Positions 12,306-27,329 of a stretch of 64,000 nt of DNA are shown here, one piece after another. The stretch's first letter is position 1. Each line of letters starts with the position of its first letter. The notes under the pieces are model-generated. The model was not told where the DNA came from and made no database searches. It saw only the letters and a program-made list of their open reading frames with translations. The DNA is from Octopus sinensis. Its lineage: Eukaryota. The translations under genes and the position numbers were made by a program. The stretch covers positions 29,264,001 through 29,328,000 of the forward strand of contig NC_043018.1 of NCBI RefSeq assembly GCF_006345805.1, read 5' to 3'.

Positions 12306-15300
12306 TTAAGCTGGGTTACTCTCACCCACCTTTCTCATCACATCCTTCCAACGTTCCATATACTCTTTCTTTGGCAGGCTCCTCTTCTGCAACCCCATCT
12401 TGCTCTTCAGATGATATCCGAAGTATGTTAACAAACCGGGGCCAGAGATAAAGGACCCTTTCACTAGACCTTCCACTCTAGTTCTCCATACACACTCTTT
12501 CAATACTGCCACCGTACAGTAAAAACAAGCCTTACCTTCCTTTGAGAGTCCAGTTGGCGGTATCATCTTAATCATAGATCCAGCCGACAGCTGTACTCGT
12601 CCCAGATGCGACAACACGTGTTCCACGTAACTTATCAAGCCTGACAGCTCCCGACATTGTACAAAAGCGTGTTGAACGGTTTCATCGTCCAACCCACATC
12701 TTGGACACGTCGGTGGCACTGACATTCCGTGTCTGGATAACTTCTCGCGAACAGGTAATGCATTCCTATAGCACTGCCAGGTCAGGGATATTTAGTAATT
12801 ATCCAAATACCCCGACCTGAAAGTCTTCTTAAACAGGTTGGAGAGTTGATCCTCATCGAACCCCAGAGCCTTTCCTAGGACGTCGTCATTTTCCCTTCTA
12901 CCAGCCCTTTACCGAGGTGGTATTCCCGCTGCCGGTTTTGCCCATCTTGTGGATCAGCCAGAGTGCCTGTCGGCACTCCTTCTGCCATGAAGTCAGGTTA
13001 CGTCCTTTAATGAGACTGGGTGTAAATCCCTCCATAGAGGCCGGTCGCGGGAAGAATTCCTCTGCCAGCGAACTCCACACCTTATCATCCTCCAGGTAAC
13101 ACCAGAGGTGTCTCAGCCTCAACGCATGCTTGCGCATCATTAGCCAAGGCATCCCCAGTCCACCCTTTAGCGGTTCCTGGCAACACACGGAGCGTCTCAC
13201 AAGTGGCTTTCCTCCTTTCCACAAAAAGCGGAAAAGGAGTCGTTCCAACTTGTTTAACCACGAATCGGGGCACGGCACGACGGTCAGGCGGTAGGTGACG
13301 ACAGAGGCTATAAACATCTGTGCCACCTCCGCTCTCCCTTTCAAGGAAAGATGCCTTCCGGACCACTTCCGGACCACTTCCGTGCTATGGCATCCACCTT
13401 GCTCGTTACCTCGCTCCAATTCTTCTCCGTCTGGGAGTCTGGACCAAACCAGACTCCGAGCAATTTAACAGGACCATCCGTCCAGTGTCCAACAACACTG
13501 GACGGTATCGGGTTGTTCCTCCAGGTGCCGAAGCGCAAACCGATGAACTTGTCCCTGTTAACTTTTGCCCCTGCCACCGCTTCGTATCTATGGAGAGCAC
13601 CTGGTAACCGAGGTAGCTGGGTTCCGTTGGACACGATGAGGGTGACGTCATCCGCATAGGCAGAAACAGACTTACCGCATCCGATCTCATTAGGGTTGCC
13701 TCCCAACTTCTCCAGCTTCCGCAGCAATGGCTCAAGAGCCAAAACATACAGGAGCGGGGACAAGGGGCACCCTTGACGAACTGAACGCTTGATCGAAAAC
13801 GGCTTCGTTAGGTAACCGTTTATCTGGACTGTGGACTTGATGCCGCTATACATAGCTGAGATCCACCCGCAGAAGCTAGGGCCCAGCCCAGCCGCTTCGA
13901 GGACCGCCGCCAAGTACCGATGGTCTACCCTATCAAACGCTTTACTTTGGTTTAAATGGACCAATGCCCCTCCTTTGCCGTCTAATTTCCCGACCCTATC
14001 TATAGTGTAGCGGAGAAGGTGAAGATTATCCTGGATCGACCTGCCTGGGATTGCACATGTCTGTGCCTTCCCGACAAGTTTCTCCACGACAGCCGTCAAC
14101 CTTTTTGCTAACACCTTGGCCAAAATCTTAAACTCTACATTAAGTAGAGTTATGGGCCTGTAATTACTAATACTGTCCCCCTTGCTCGGGTCTTTCTGGA
14201 CCAGCGTCACAACTCCCCGACTCACAGAGCTGGGAATCCTCCCATTCTGTTGCCAGTTTGCATAGACGCTTGCCAGTATGTCCCCGAACAAGTCCGGTAT
14301 ACAACAATAAAATTCATAGAGCAGACCATCCAACCCCGGCGACTTTTCCCCGGCGCACTCGGCCATAACCCCTCTTACCTCTGCGGGAGAGATCTATCCT
14401 TCACAGCACTCCGCCTCAGCTGCCAAGAGCCGAGGCCCACCAGCTAGGAAGTCCTTTAAGGTCTCCCCACGCTCGAGCGGACCACCGCCCCCAAACAGCC
14501 GTGCGAAATGCTGGTGAAGGACCTTCTGCATCTCCTCCTGTCCATAGATCTTGCGGACCTGCTCGTCGGTTAAGAACATAATACAGGACTTTTTGCCCTT
14601 CTGACTCTCCTCACGACGGGCCCATCCGGCAACGTTAATACCTTCTCGTTTTCCTGCACGTAACTTAGCTCTGACTCTACACTCCTCGTGCTTGGCGTTG
14701 AGGTGACGGTACAATACCGCTCTCGCTGCCAACACTCCGGATGCACAGCCAGATTCCATAGCCTCGTCGAAGTTCTTAACTAATTCGCCCTCTATTCTAG
14801 TCCTATCTAAACTTAGCTGCTTGCTAAATCTAATGGACTCCAAACGGATGGCTATTTTGAGGGCGAGCCACCATCTATTATCAATGATGGTGCCACATAA
14901 TGCCCTCTGTACTAATTCCTTAATCCGGGTACGGAAAGCTTCACAAGTCAAAATAGACTTGTTCATTTTCCAGTACCCGGGACCTTGTCTATGGCATTTA
15001 TCTACCTGTACCTCACACGTCACAAGTTTGTGATCCGTGTAAGGCACAACAGAGAATTGTGGACAGCTAACACTATTCCTATCTCGTTCCTTAACAAATA
15101 CTCTATCTATGTACGATCTGCGTGAGCCGTCATTATTACTCCACGTCCACTGTGGAAAGTTCGGCTCATCCAGTCGAAAACGGTCTACTAGATTAAAGCC
15201 CGCTAGTAGAGCCTTGAGGCCAGGATTCCCCTTCCTATCGCTCGAGCCTACACCATCCACCCGCGCATCGAGAATGGTGTTGAAATCCCCTACCAAAACT

Positions 15301-15698
15301 ACCGTTTTGGACGTCACTAGAAAGTGCTCCAGTTCCCGAAAAAAACCGGTCTGCCCACGTCCATTAGGAGCGTAGACAGCCACCAACCTGAAGGACTGCT
15401 TACTCACGTGCGTCACATCTAGGACAACCAGCCTACCTTCTGGGTCCAGAAAGACAGTACTTACCTGTAAGTCCAAGTTCTTCCTGAAAAGAACTGCCAC
15501 GCCTGCACCTCCCTCTCGGCTAGGAGAAATAAATTTCTCGTAACCATTGAGAAGTGGTGAGAACGCTTGGGGTCGTTTCATCTTGGACTCGGTAACAATA
15601 GCTACATCGATTCTATGTGAAATGAGGTCGTCCCGAAAACAAGCCTGTTTCTATTTCGATCCCATTCCACGCACATTTATACAACCTAACTTAATCAT
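12306..15698 (-). pseudogene. Tx1-like ORF2 (APE endonuclease, reverse transcriptase, C-terminal CCHC), disrupted
   Basis: ATG at 15698 (MIKLGCINVRG). Motifs VYAP, GDFN, IDRVF, TDH, KSPGLDG, YRPITLLN, KAFDRVDH, RQGCPLSP, YADD, CPRC..ETVQHAFVQC. Premature stops near 15651, 14394 and 12795; an 11-nt duplication frameshift near 13356-13381; a further frameshift near 12900. Confidence 0.95.
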
Positions 15699-15721
15699 CG
15701 AGAAAAAAGAAAATTATTTAC

Positions 15722-17245
15722 TCACGGTTGCGAGAGGGAGCCTGACAGATTCCTTCTGCCTGTCTCCCCCCCACTCGCCGTTGCTGCTGGGTGTTTCACC
15801 GGCGTTGCCACCGGGCTCTGGGTTGGTGTGGCTGCCAGGCTGACGTATAATTTCCCAGTTGTCACCTCCTGGGTGACATCCTTAATGAAGCCGCCTTTTG
15901 CGAGGTCTTGTAAGTTTTTTTCCTTTCCATCCTTCTTCGCCGCCCCTGTCAAATCGCCACTCCGCTTCCTTCTCGGTCGCTTTGTAGCATCTGATCTGCG
16001 TACTTGCTTGCACAAATTTTACTGCTCTCTCGTTCCTTGTGGTGTATGCTATAATTTTTTTCATTGGGTTTAAACCCTTTTACAGTTGGGGGGTGGGGTT
16101 TGTTAAAGTGCTGGCCTATAAATGTAGTACCGCCGGGGTGGGATTGGAGAATATTTTTAATTTGTTCGTCTGCGTTGTTTTTTTTTTGTTACGGGTGGGG
16201 ATTCAGGGGTGATGGATTTTTTCCTTTTGTTCGACACGTTCGTGAATTCCATCTCTTCTTGTATATTTGTTTTTGTTGTATTAATTTCCTCCGCCTTTCC
16301 TTTCTCATTTTGCATTTCGTTCTTGTCTTCCTCCTTTTTGGAGTTCGACCTGTTTATTTTTTCCTCCTTGCTTTCGCCAGTCGTTACTTTGTTCTCCACT
16401 TTGCTGCTTTCTGCGTTCTTCACAGCGTTTTGTGGGGGGGGGGCCTTGCCCGTATTATTTTTCTTTTTGCAAACGGAGCGCACGTGGCCCTTTTGCCCGC
16501 ACTTAAAACATCTGGGCCTGCGTCCTTCCACCGAAACTCGTATGGAGTGTCCCTCCCCCACGAAGACTCTGTCTGGTAAGCTTTCCAGCGTCGCATTTTC
16601 CGCCTGGATAATCATCTCCACCTGCTGGCCTCTCCAGTGTTTTGCAATTTTCTTCTTCATACTCAAAATTGTCAATTTTGATTCAACATCAAAAATGACC
16701 GCTGTTGCCGCCCACATCACGTCGTAGCCCCTTGGTATATCTTCTAGGGTCACTTTTGCTGTTCTGCACCCTAAATATAAGGGTAGCAGTATTATATTCT
16801 CGTTTTTCAACGTTTGCGTCGAAATTTGCCTTGCTTCTTCCGCCGTTTCAAAATGCGCCTCCATTGTAGCGCTTCTTGCACCTCGGTTGACATGACGAAC
16901 TTTACTCCATATTGGTGCCATACACTTTTCGACCATTTCGTTTTTTACGTCGGTCATTCGTTTTTCTTTTATATTGTATACCTTATAGGTGACCATTTTT
17001 TCCCTTATTGCCTGTATAGTCTCAGGGGGCGGTACCAATCGTGTTTCTTCACCACTTTTTTGCACTAGCGGTCTGAACTTGAATAGTCTCTCCATTGACA
17101 CCTCCATTTCTTCCACTTCGCCACCTACGACGTCTGAAAAACTGGGTTTTGCTTGTGTTTCCTTTTGTTTAACAGTTGTTATACCTTCACCCATCTCGGG
17201 AAAGTCTTTTTTTGAACTTAAGTCTAATTCCATATTAGACAACAT
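15722..17245 (-). pseudogene. Tx1-like ORF1 with zinc knuckle; C-terminal part probably frameshifted in homopolymer runs
   Basis: ORF 16157..17251 contains EGRRPRCFKCGQKGHVRSVC; first ATG at 17245. The 3' boundary is inferred. Confidence 0.85.
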
Positions 17246-17628
17246 TTTCAAAAATAACCTATACAGGTTAAGATTTCACACAAAAAAAAACACACAGAAA
17301 TTTTCTACCCCGAAAGGCGAAAATTACTGGGTGAAAAACAGTTCAACAATTATATTACGTGTAACACAACAAAGTAGTCAAACGGAAACGAACTCATACA
17401 ACGATTTACAGCAACAGAAAAATATTTGATATACTCCGAGGAAAAATTAAAAAAACAGCGGTTTTCGATGAAAATGTGTTCCAATGCAAATCCTTATATC
17501 GTTTATCCAGTAACTTTTCGTCACTCATCTCGAAAAACTGTATGCAAGCAATAATAAATCTGTGAACGAGGTATAAACAGTAACAGCACGACAATGTGAG
17601 GTATACTTGCTATCTCAATATGGCTAAG

Positions 17629-17683
<55 letters not shown>

Positions 17684-17843
17684 ATATTAAAATAACTAAG
17701 TCTCTCTAAAAGAGAACGCGGCAGCGTTCCCGGAAAATATTTGTGTATCAAATAGCTAACTTAAGGCGATGGCCTCATGGAGCTAATAAGGGGACAGCTT
17801 TTTTCTTATTTTTATAAGAATGCCATATTAGTATGGCGATAAC

Positions 17844-18053
<210 letters not shown>

Positions 18054-18468
18054 CATATGCGGACCAACGATTCGTAAGAGAGCGAGTAAAACTCAGAGAA
18101 AATTGGTGATTGTCCCATAAATAAAGGGGGACCTTATACTGAGGCTGCAATAAAAGGTGAAAAAAGGGGGAATAAGGCAATGTGAGTATGTGTTAGAGAT
18201 AAGGAAGCAATGAAATATTCAAAGAAGTTAGAAGAAAGATATTCAGATATATAATAACGACGCACACAGCTACATGAACAGAATGAAACGTCCAGACACA
18301 GGCAGACGTTTATTCATGTACCCATGTATGTGTGTGCATATGTGTTAGCGTTACACATATATACATACATATATGTATATATATATATATATATACATAT
18401 ATATATACATGTATATATATATACATGTATATATATACATATATATATACACATACATATCTATATCT

Positions 18469-18513
<45 letters not shown>

Positions 18514-18600
18514 ATATATATATATATATATATGTTATATGGGCATATATTCACAGACGTATATATAGATATATATTATGAATTTATATATAAAATATTG

Positions 18601-18646
<46 letters not shown>

Positions 18647-19162
18647 TATATATATATATATATATATGAGTGTTAGTCTGTTGGGGCTGTTTTAAATGTT
18701 TAACTTTGATGTTTCTTCCTTTCAGTGTTTCTCATTACCTTATGAATAATTCATGTGGAGTTCAGAACAATCAGGTTCCTCTATCTGTCGTTTATTAACG
18801 TTCCTAAACCATCACAGTCCCATTTCGAAAATGATGCAATGCCGAGAGTGGCGGCGTTTTCTTGTGCGTTTTACAGTAAGTCGTAAGAATTTGGGTAACA
18901 ACTTTGTAAATGATACAATCAGGAACCGTGTTCCCATTGATAATTTATTTTGATAAATGGAATTGTTAAAATGTTGAATGGGGATACATTAACGGATATA
19001 TTTTAAAACTATTCTTTCAAATTGGGAATAAATTTTATAATGTGAGATGCTACGAGAAAAAAAAAACAGAATTGAAATTGAATATCTGGAACAATTATCA
19101 CAACGATTCAAAAAAACACTGTATACTATATACAAACACACTTACATACATATATGTATATG

Positions 19163-19225
<63 letters not shown>

Positions 19226-19268
19226 ATATATATGTATGTATGTATGTATGTATATATATATATGTATG

Positions 19269-19425
<157 letters not shown>

Positions 19426-20345
19426 TGCATGTATGTATGGTAGTGGGGCCAATAACCTTGCTTTACAATCACGTACTCCCGCCTAAAGTCTCGTTGCCCA
19501 CCCGAACATCGAAAAGCTTGTGCGTAAATTGTGCTAGACTGAAACTGTGTGGAGGTTCTAGTGCTACTTCTGTTTCATTTACACCCACACGCACACACGC
19601 ACATACACACACACACAAATATATATATATATATATATTATATATATTGGTGTGTGTGTGTGTGTGAGTGTGGGCTTCCCTATATATACGCCGTCCCAGT
19701 TTGATAAACGGTGTTAATATATCTACGTCGCTGTAAGATACTTGTTCGCCAGAATAACCGATGGAATAAGTACAAGCCGTAAAAATAGTTAGCCCCGGCA
19801 AAAGATTTTGTTTCTGACAGGAAAATGTTCACCAACGTTTGATGAAGCCTTCACCAGAAGACATTTTGTACCGCATTAACCCCCATCTCCGCTATTATTG
19901 TACAATTTATGCCTGGCTTTACTAACCTCTGCTTCTGTGACAATCACTAGGTCACATTAACTGATGTTTTAGCGACCGTCGCATTCTCATTGAGAACCAT
20001 GACTAAGTAAGCCAAAGGTCTAAGTATGCCAAAGTGTGACAAAAAAGATGAAGCGTATAGCGATCAGGCTCTTGCACTCATGGTTACAAAGTCGCAGTTT
20101 CTCCGGTCCACCGATGCAACGTGAAATGAATAACCCATAATTATTTACCCTTTAAATAAGTAATTTTGCCCTTTAATTTACCCTTTCAATAAGGAATCTT
20201 GCCATTTTATTTACACCTTAAATAAGTCAAATTCCCCTATGAAAGGACGTGAGAATTTTGGGAACTAGGTCACTGATACGCCGTTGAAATCGCGTAACAT
20301 TTAAAGACTGGAACTCAAACCAGTAAAGAACAGTACTCGATGATG

Positions 20346-20763
20346 AAGGCGGCGAGCTGGCAGAAACATTAGCACACCGGGCGATATGCTTAGCGGTATT
20401 TCGTTTGCCGTTACGTTCTGAATTCAAATCTTGCCGGGGTCGACTTTGCCTTTCATCCTTTCGGGGTTGATTAGATAAGTACCAGTTACGTACTGGGGTC
20501 GATGTAATCGACTTAATCTGTTTGTCTGTCCTTGTTTGTCCCCTCTATGTTTAGCCCCTTGTGGGTAGTAAAGAAATAGGTATTTCGTCTGCCGCTACGT
20601 TCTCAGTTCAAATCCCGCTGAGGTCGAATTTGCCTTTCATCCTTTCAGGGTCGATTAAATAAGTATCAGTTACACACTGGGGTCGATATAATCGACTTAA
20701 TTCGTTTGTCCGTCCTTGTTTCTCCCCTCTATGTTTAGCCCCTTGTGGGTAATGAAGAAATAA
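20346..20763 (+). mobile_element. SINE family B, internally duplicated (dimeric) form
   Basis: One head followed by two copies of an approximately 184-bp body joined at AAAGAAATAGGTATTTCGTC. Confidence 0.9.
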
Positions 20764-21159
20764 GAACTTGATGATGATGTGTGGTGAAACACTTCGCGTT
20801 TGGAGTGACGAGTATGATAATAAGACTCCTCTGTAGAGATAGCGAAAATTAATTCAATAATACCGAGCGTAAGGATGAAAAGCTTACAAGAAAAAAAAAT
20901 TCGGCATATCAAGTCACGAGTGACGAATTAGCTTGAGCAGAGAAACAGCTGCAGCAAAGTCTAGTTAAATAATTGAAGATATACGCATGCGTAAGAATTA
21001 TATCAGCGTAGTCAGGAATAAACCAATAATTGACGTTGTTTGGTAAGAAGTGGGTAGTTATTTAATATATGATGAGAAGACATTTCTTATTTCGATCTAT
21101 AAAGCCACAAGTGCATTTCTGTTCCGTTTATTGATAAAATAATCAGCATAGAACTCTCT

Positions 21160-21690
21160 CATGTATGTATGTATGTATGTATGTATGTATGTATGTATGT
21201 ATGTATGTATGTATGTATGTATGTATGCATGTATGTATATCTGTATGTATGTATGTATGTATGTATGTATGTATGTATGTATGTATGCATGTATGTATGC
21301 ATGTATGTAAGATGTGTATGTGTATGTATATGTATGTATATCTGTAGGTATGTATGTATGTATGTATGTATGTATGCATGTATGTATGCATGCATGTATG
21401 TATGCATGTATGTATGTATTCGTGTATGTATGTATGCATGCATGTATGTATGTATGTAAGCATGTATGTATGCATGTATGTATGTATGTATGTATGTATA
21501 TATGCATGTATGTATGTATGTATGCATGTATGTATGTATGTATGTATGTATATATGCATGTATGTATGTATGCATGTATGTATGTATGCATGTATGTATG
21601 CATGTATGTATGTATGTATGTATGCATGTATGTATGCATGTATGTATGTATGTATATATGCATGTATGTATGTATGTATGTATGCAAGTA
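21160..21690. repeat. (TATG/CATG)n microsatellite
   Basis: Directly visible. Confidence 0.95.
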
Positions 21691-21742
21691 TGCATGTTTA
21701 CATATATACATAAATATGTGTAATAAGTATGTATATATATAT

Positions 21743-21790
<48 letters not shown>

Positions 21791-22301
21791 ATGTATGTAT
21801 ACACATATATATACATGCTCACATACACATATGTATGTTTACATATATTCATATATATGTGTAATAAGTATGTATATATGTGTGTGTGTGTGTGTGTGAA
21901 TACGAAGTTGCATGTATGCATCTGGTAGCGCGTTTCTGTATGTTGTGTAATTTGTGTGTACACCCATGCGTTTCCGTGTCCGCCTGTGTGCTTTTGTAGA
22001 TTATTTGGGAGGGAAAACTAAAACTTGTCATCAAGACGTTCAGATTTCCAAAGTAATTAATGGTTACTCTATAAATTGATAAGCAGAAGAGATGTGTTTA
22101 CCATTCCTGCGAAAATAGCATAGCCTCAAATACATATATGTATGTATTACTTACCTAAGTCGCTGATACTTGTACCATAAAACTTCCTTTCACTTAAATA
22201 ATTCAATTAATGTGGCGTTTTTACGAGCTATCCAACTGGCGTACACACATACTCACACAAAAAAAATACACACGCATACATATATGCATATATAAAATAT
22301 A

Positions 22302-22360
<59 letters not shown>

Positions 22361-22540
22361 GTATATGTATGCATCTGTATATATGAATACATGTGCATAT
22401 ATTTATATATGCTTACATAGGTATATGTGTATGCATATGGCTATATATATATATACATATATATATATGCCTGTGTGTGCAGGCATGTATGCATGTATAT
22501 ATATATATATATACAGACATACCTATATATATATGTATTT

Positions 22541-22603
<63 letters not shown>

Positions 22604-23175
22604 TATATATATATATATATATGTGTATATATATATGTATATATATGTGTGTGTATATATATATGTATGTATATATGTATACATATGTTTATATATATGT
22701 ATATATATATATGTATATATATATACACACATACATGTATATGCACACAGACAGACATGTATGTGTATGTGCGCGCGCGCGTGTGTGTGTGGGTGTATTC
22801 GTATGTGTGCGGGTGTGTGTTCCTCTTTCTGTGTGATCGTATTACCGATAAGCGAACGCTCAATTCTGGCGCATTTAATCGATGGAAAATATCCGTGTGT
22901 AAATCTCCACACCCGAATTAACTATTCATATAACTTTTCATAATCACATTGATATACGTCTATGCACGCGCATCTGTTTAAACATTCATTTCTCTTCCTT
23001 GTGTGAGGAACAAGTTTTCCTATTAGTGAAGTTACATTTTTAAGGAAAGTGTTCCATTTTTTTTTTTTAATGTTAGTTATGTTCTCGTGAATCTCAGGTG
23101 ACCAATTTCTGTGATGCAGTTGTTGGAATGAAATGCCGTTCACCCTTCATGTTAAAGGGTTAATACTATTGAATA

Positions 23176-23950
<775 letters not shown>

Positions 23951-24460
23951 GTAATATGAGAGATCTTCAAAAGCTCGAAAGTCTCTACGTCACAAAAACC
24001 TCCGGCCCTTTACACCTACCCCTATATTTTATACAGTATGGTTCTGATTCTGAAATTAAGTTCAGAAATTAATGATAGGTGAGCATAGCAAAATAAAGAG
24101 TGTAATGAGGTGGGAAGACTACCTCCGAATCGAATTAACCGTTCCTATTTTCTTTCGCACTGAATCGAATTATCTTCTTTTTAAGCCGTTAATACCCTCA
24201 GGGAAGAAAGGCAGAATTAATTCAATCCTCTTTTTCCTCCCATTTCAGGTCAATGCGATTCGTATTTCTTAATAGTAAGAGCTGATTACATATAAAATAC
24301 ATTTGATTATATCTTTCCGATTTTTATCCAAAGGTCAGCTGCCAATAATTTGTTTTAATGTTGAGACAGGATTGGTAAATAAACAATAATTTCAAGCAGT
24401 ATTGTCGTTATTAGTTTTGTCTCCGACTGTTTGCCCTCTTCTCGGTAGGTTACACAACAT

Positions 24461-24880
24461 AAGACGGCGAGCTGGCAGAATCGTTAGCACGCCGGGTGAA
24501 ATGCTTATCGGTATTTCGTCTGCCGCTACGTCTGTGTTCAAATTCCGCCGAGGTCGACTTTGCCCTTCATCCTTTCGGGGTCGATAAATTAAGTACCAAT
24601 TACGCACTGGGGTCGATGTAATCGACTTAATACCTATGTCTGTCCTTGTTTGTCCCCTCTTTGTTTGGCCCCTTGTGGGTAATAGAGAAATAGGTATTTC
24701 GTCGGCCGCTACGTTCTGAATTCAAATTCCGCCGAGGTCGACTTTGCCTTTCATCCTATCGGGGTCGATTAAATAAGTACCAGTTACGCGCTGGGTTCGA
24801 TATAATCGACTTAATCTGTTTATCTGTCCTTGTTTGTCTTCTCTGTGTTTAGTCCCTTGTGGGCAGTAAAGAAATAGGTA
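24461..24880 (+). mobile_element. SINE family B, dimeric form
   Basis: Same structure and junction as the copy at 20346. Confidence 0.9.
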
Positions 24881-25019
24881 GGTTCCACAGCATACACACG
24901 CACGCACGCACGCATACGCACATATGCAAAGAAACACATACACACACGCACAATCAGAGAGAGAGAGAGAGGCAGAGGGTGAGAAAGAAGTGAGAGTAAG
25001 AGGAAGACAGAAAGATTGG

Positions 25020-25350
25020 CTGGTTTAAGGGGCGTAACTGGCACTCTGTCGGTTACGACGACGAGCGTTTTAGTTGATCTGATCAACGGAACAGCCTGAT
25101 CGCGAAATTAACATGCAGGATACGTGTACCCTTAAGATAGTTCTCAAGGAGAGTCAGAATGAAGTGACTCAGAATGTGACAAATCCAACCCTATAAATAA
25201 CGGGTAGAACTCAATTTTGCCAGCTGAGTGGACTTCAGTAACGTGAAATTAAGTATATAGCTCAAGGACACAACAGGTCGACGGGTTTCGAACTCACGAC
25301 CTTAAGATGGCGAGCTGAGTACTTGAACCACTAAGCCACGCGCCTTCACA
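25020..25350 (-). mobile_element. tRNA-derived SINE
   Basis: On minus: GTGAAGGCGCGTGGCTTAGTGGTT...GAGTTCGAAACCC head and the GTCCACTCAGCTGG domain. Confidence 0.75.
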
Positions 25351-26448
25351 AAGGGACGTAGCATTTTAAGGAATAATGCCACAAATTATAAATGACTTTA
25401 GTATTGACTTTTAAAGAAAAAAAATTGTCACAACGTAATACTTGTTGGTAGATCGTCCACGGAGAGGGCCATGTTTGGCTGTAACAGTGAATGGCAATTA
25501 CTATATGTGATTTAAGTACTAACTCTGAGTTGTAGCTTCTATGAATGATATCTTCTGACTGTGTGTGTTAAAATCTCTAACGCGTATTTTTCTTAAAGTG
25601 GGTTATAGTGGCATGAAATTCTCAAGAGAGATGAAGAGCAGATCTTCCGAGAAGAACCTCACTCAAGCATGTGTTTCGGTCGTTAACTTTCGAAACTCTA
25701 AGAGGGGTGGATCGTATCAAGTGGGTGCCATTTTGCTGACACCTTTTAGGATCTCTAACATGGAAGACTTGTGCATTTAAACCGCCTCGAGATTTCATCT
25801 AGTTGTAATTCCTAATAATTGACTCATCTTTCAAACTCATACTTAAAGAAGAAATACCACTGGTTGCCATGGTAGTAGTGATACGCCAACGCTATCACAA
25901 CGACTCGAGTTATTTTCCTTAGCTTTAAAACCCCAAAATAATGCCTTCAAATGATATAGAGGTATGGAGTTCGTTTTTCTTCTTCCTCGACCAAATGTGA
26001 AGTATAACTGGCAACATGTAAATGGGAAACTGCAACTGCAGTAACTGTAAATGGTAGATTATATCTCATCATATGAATCTTAGAACAGAATATGTAATAT
26101 CTAAATATACACATTTAAATGTTCACTTGGATAACAGAAAGTATTTTCTCTATGCAATATAGCATACTCGCTCCTGTTTACCTGCATATCATAGCAAAAA
26201 AGACCACATTTGCAAGATATTATATAGCATGATACAATTTTCTCCTAGATATTAATAACAGAATGTATCATAAACCAATAAATACGATAACATGATCACT
26301 CATGTTTACCTGGATAATATTTCGAAAAGATTCATATTTGCTAAATATTGTCATAAAACAATGTGTTAATGGCTATCAATAACAGAGCGTATCATATTCC
26401 ATTCAATATGATAATATACCCAATATAATATACACACAGCAATTTTAG

Positions 26449-26680
26449 ATTGGCCCGGCTCACCGATAATCGGTGGACCCGAGCAATTGTCGAGTGGTAC
26501 CCGCGCGAGCGGAAACGACCACCCGGAAGGCCTCCACGACGGTGGAGTTACGATTTCAGGAGGATGATTGGGATCACGTGGATGAGAAAGGCGCGATCCA
26601 GAGAGGAGTGGACAGCGTGCTGTGACCAGCGGTGTCAAATGGATGCCTGACGGATTGATATGTCAAGGTGAAGATGATAA
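26449..26680 (+). mobile_element. 5'-truncated RTE-clade LINE 3' end
   Basis: ARLTDNRWTRAIVEWYPRERKRPPGRPPRRW...ARSREEW is a typical RTE ORF C-terminus, followed by a short 3' UTR. Confidence 0.88.
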
Positions 26681-26691
26681 TAATATAAATT

Positions 26692-27115
26692 GAAGGCAGC
26701 AAGCTGGCAGGATCGTTAACGCGTTGGACAAAATAACGGTATTTCGTCCGTCTTTAGGTTCTGCGTTCAAATTCTGCCGAGATCGGCTTTGCTTTTTTTT
26801 TCTTTCAAAATCGTTAAAATACGTGCCAGTCGAGCACCGGGGTCAACGTAAGCGATTTATTTCCTCTCCTGGAATTACTGGTCATGTGCCAAAATTTGGA
26901 ATCAGTATGATAACATAAGCTGAAAAGTTAACGCCCTAGGCAAAATGCTTAGTAGGATTTTGTCTGTCTTTATGTTACGAGTTCAAATTCCGGCGAAGAT
27001 GGCTTTACCTTTCAGACTTTGGGGATCGATAATATAAGAATATAAATACCTGTGGAACACAGGATTCGACTTAATCGTGTAGCCCTGTCCCCGATATTAC
27101 TGGCCTTTGAATCCA
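26692..27115 (+). mobile_element. Two decayed family B-related SINEs
   Basis: AAGGCAGCAAGCTGGCAGG head; GTTCAAATTC boxes at about 26765 and 26981. Confidence 0.7.
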
Positions 27116-27329
27116 ACATGATAACATAATTTATTGTCATCTAATTGCTTTGTGCACCCTGGAGAAAATGCCAAAAACTGAAAACTATATCGTGTAGCAT
27201 TTCGAAAATCAGATTTTCTTGTTACCAAACCTTCCTGTGAAGAATATATCGTAAGAGTATGGTCTGCCATGTGATTGTTTGATCTGATAGAAATAAGATT
27301 GTTACCCACTCCGAAGAATAAAATCGCAT

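Larger units (their letters stand above)
11951..17458 (-). mobile_element. Full-length non-LTR retrotransposon, Tx1/L1 clade, about 5.5 kb
   Basis: ORF1 has a CCHC knuckle; ORF2 is APE-RT-zinc finger. Perfect 14-bp TSD CGGTTTTCGATGAA at 11937-11950 and 17459-17472. The 3' end reads AATAAAGATAAA. Confidence 0.95.
11719..17633 (-). mobile_element. Hammerhead-bearing retrozyme/Penelope-pLTR-like unit (354 nt plus 39-nt terminal redundancy), split by the Tx1 LINE into 11719-11950 and 17473-17633
   Basis: Direct repeats TGTGAGGTATACTTGCYATCTC..TATGGYTAA.CACTA at 11719-11757 and 17595-17633 (34/39 identical). Internal HHR. Both outer flanks are microsatellite. Confidence 0.75.

Noticed and set aside
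12917-17429. Plus-strand ORFs over the LINE
   Set aside because: Antisense shadows of ORF1 and ORF2, with no motifs of their own.
17700-17755. GAACGC-GGCA-GCGTTC hairpin followed by GGAAAATATTT
   Set aside because: The core and stem I are too degenerate to call.
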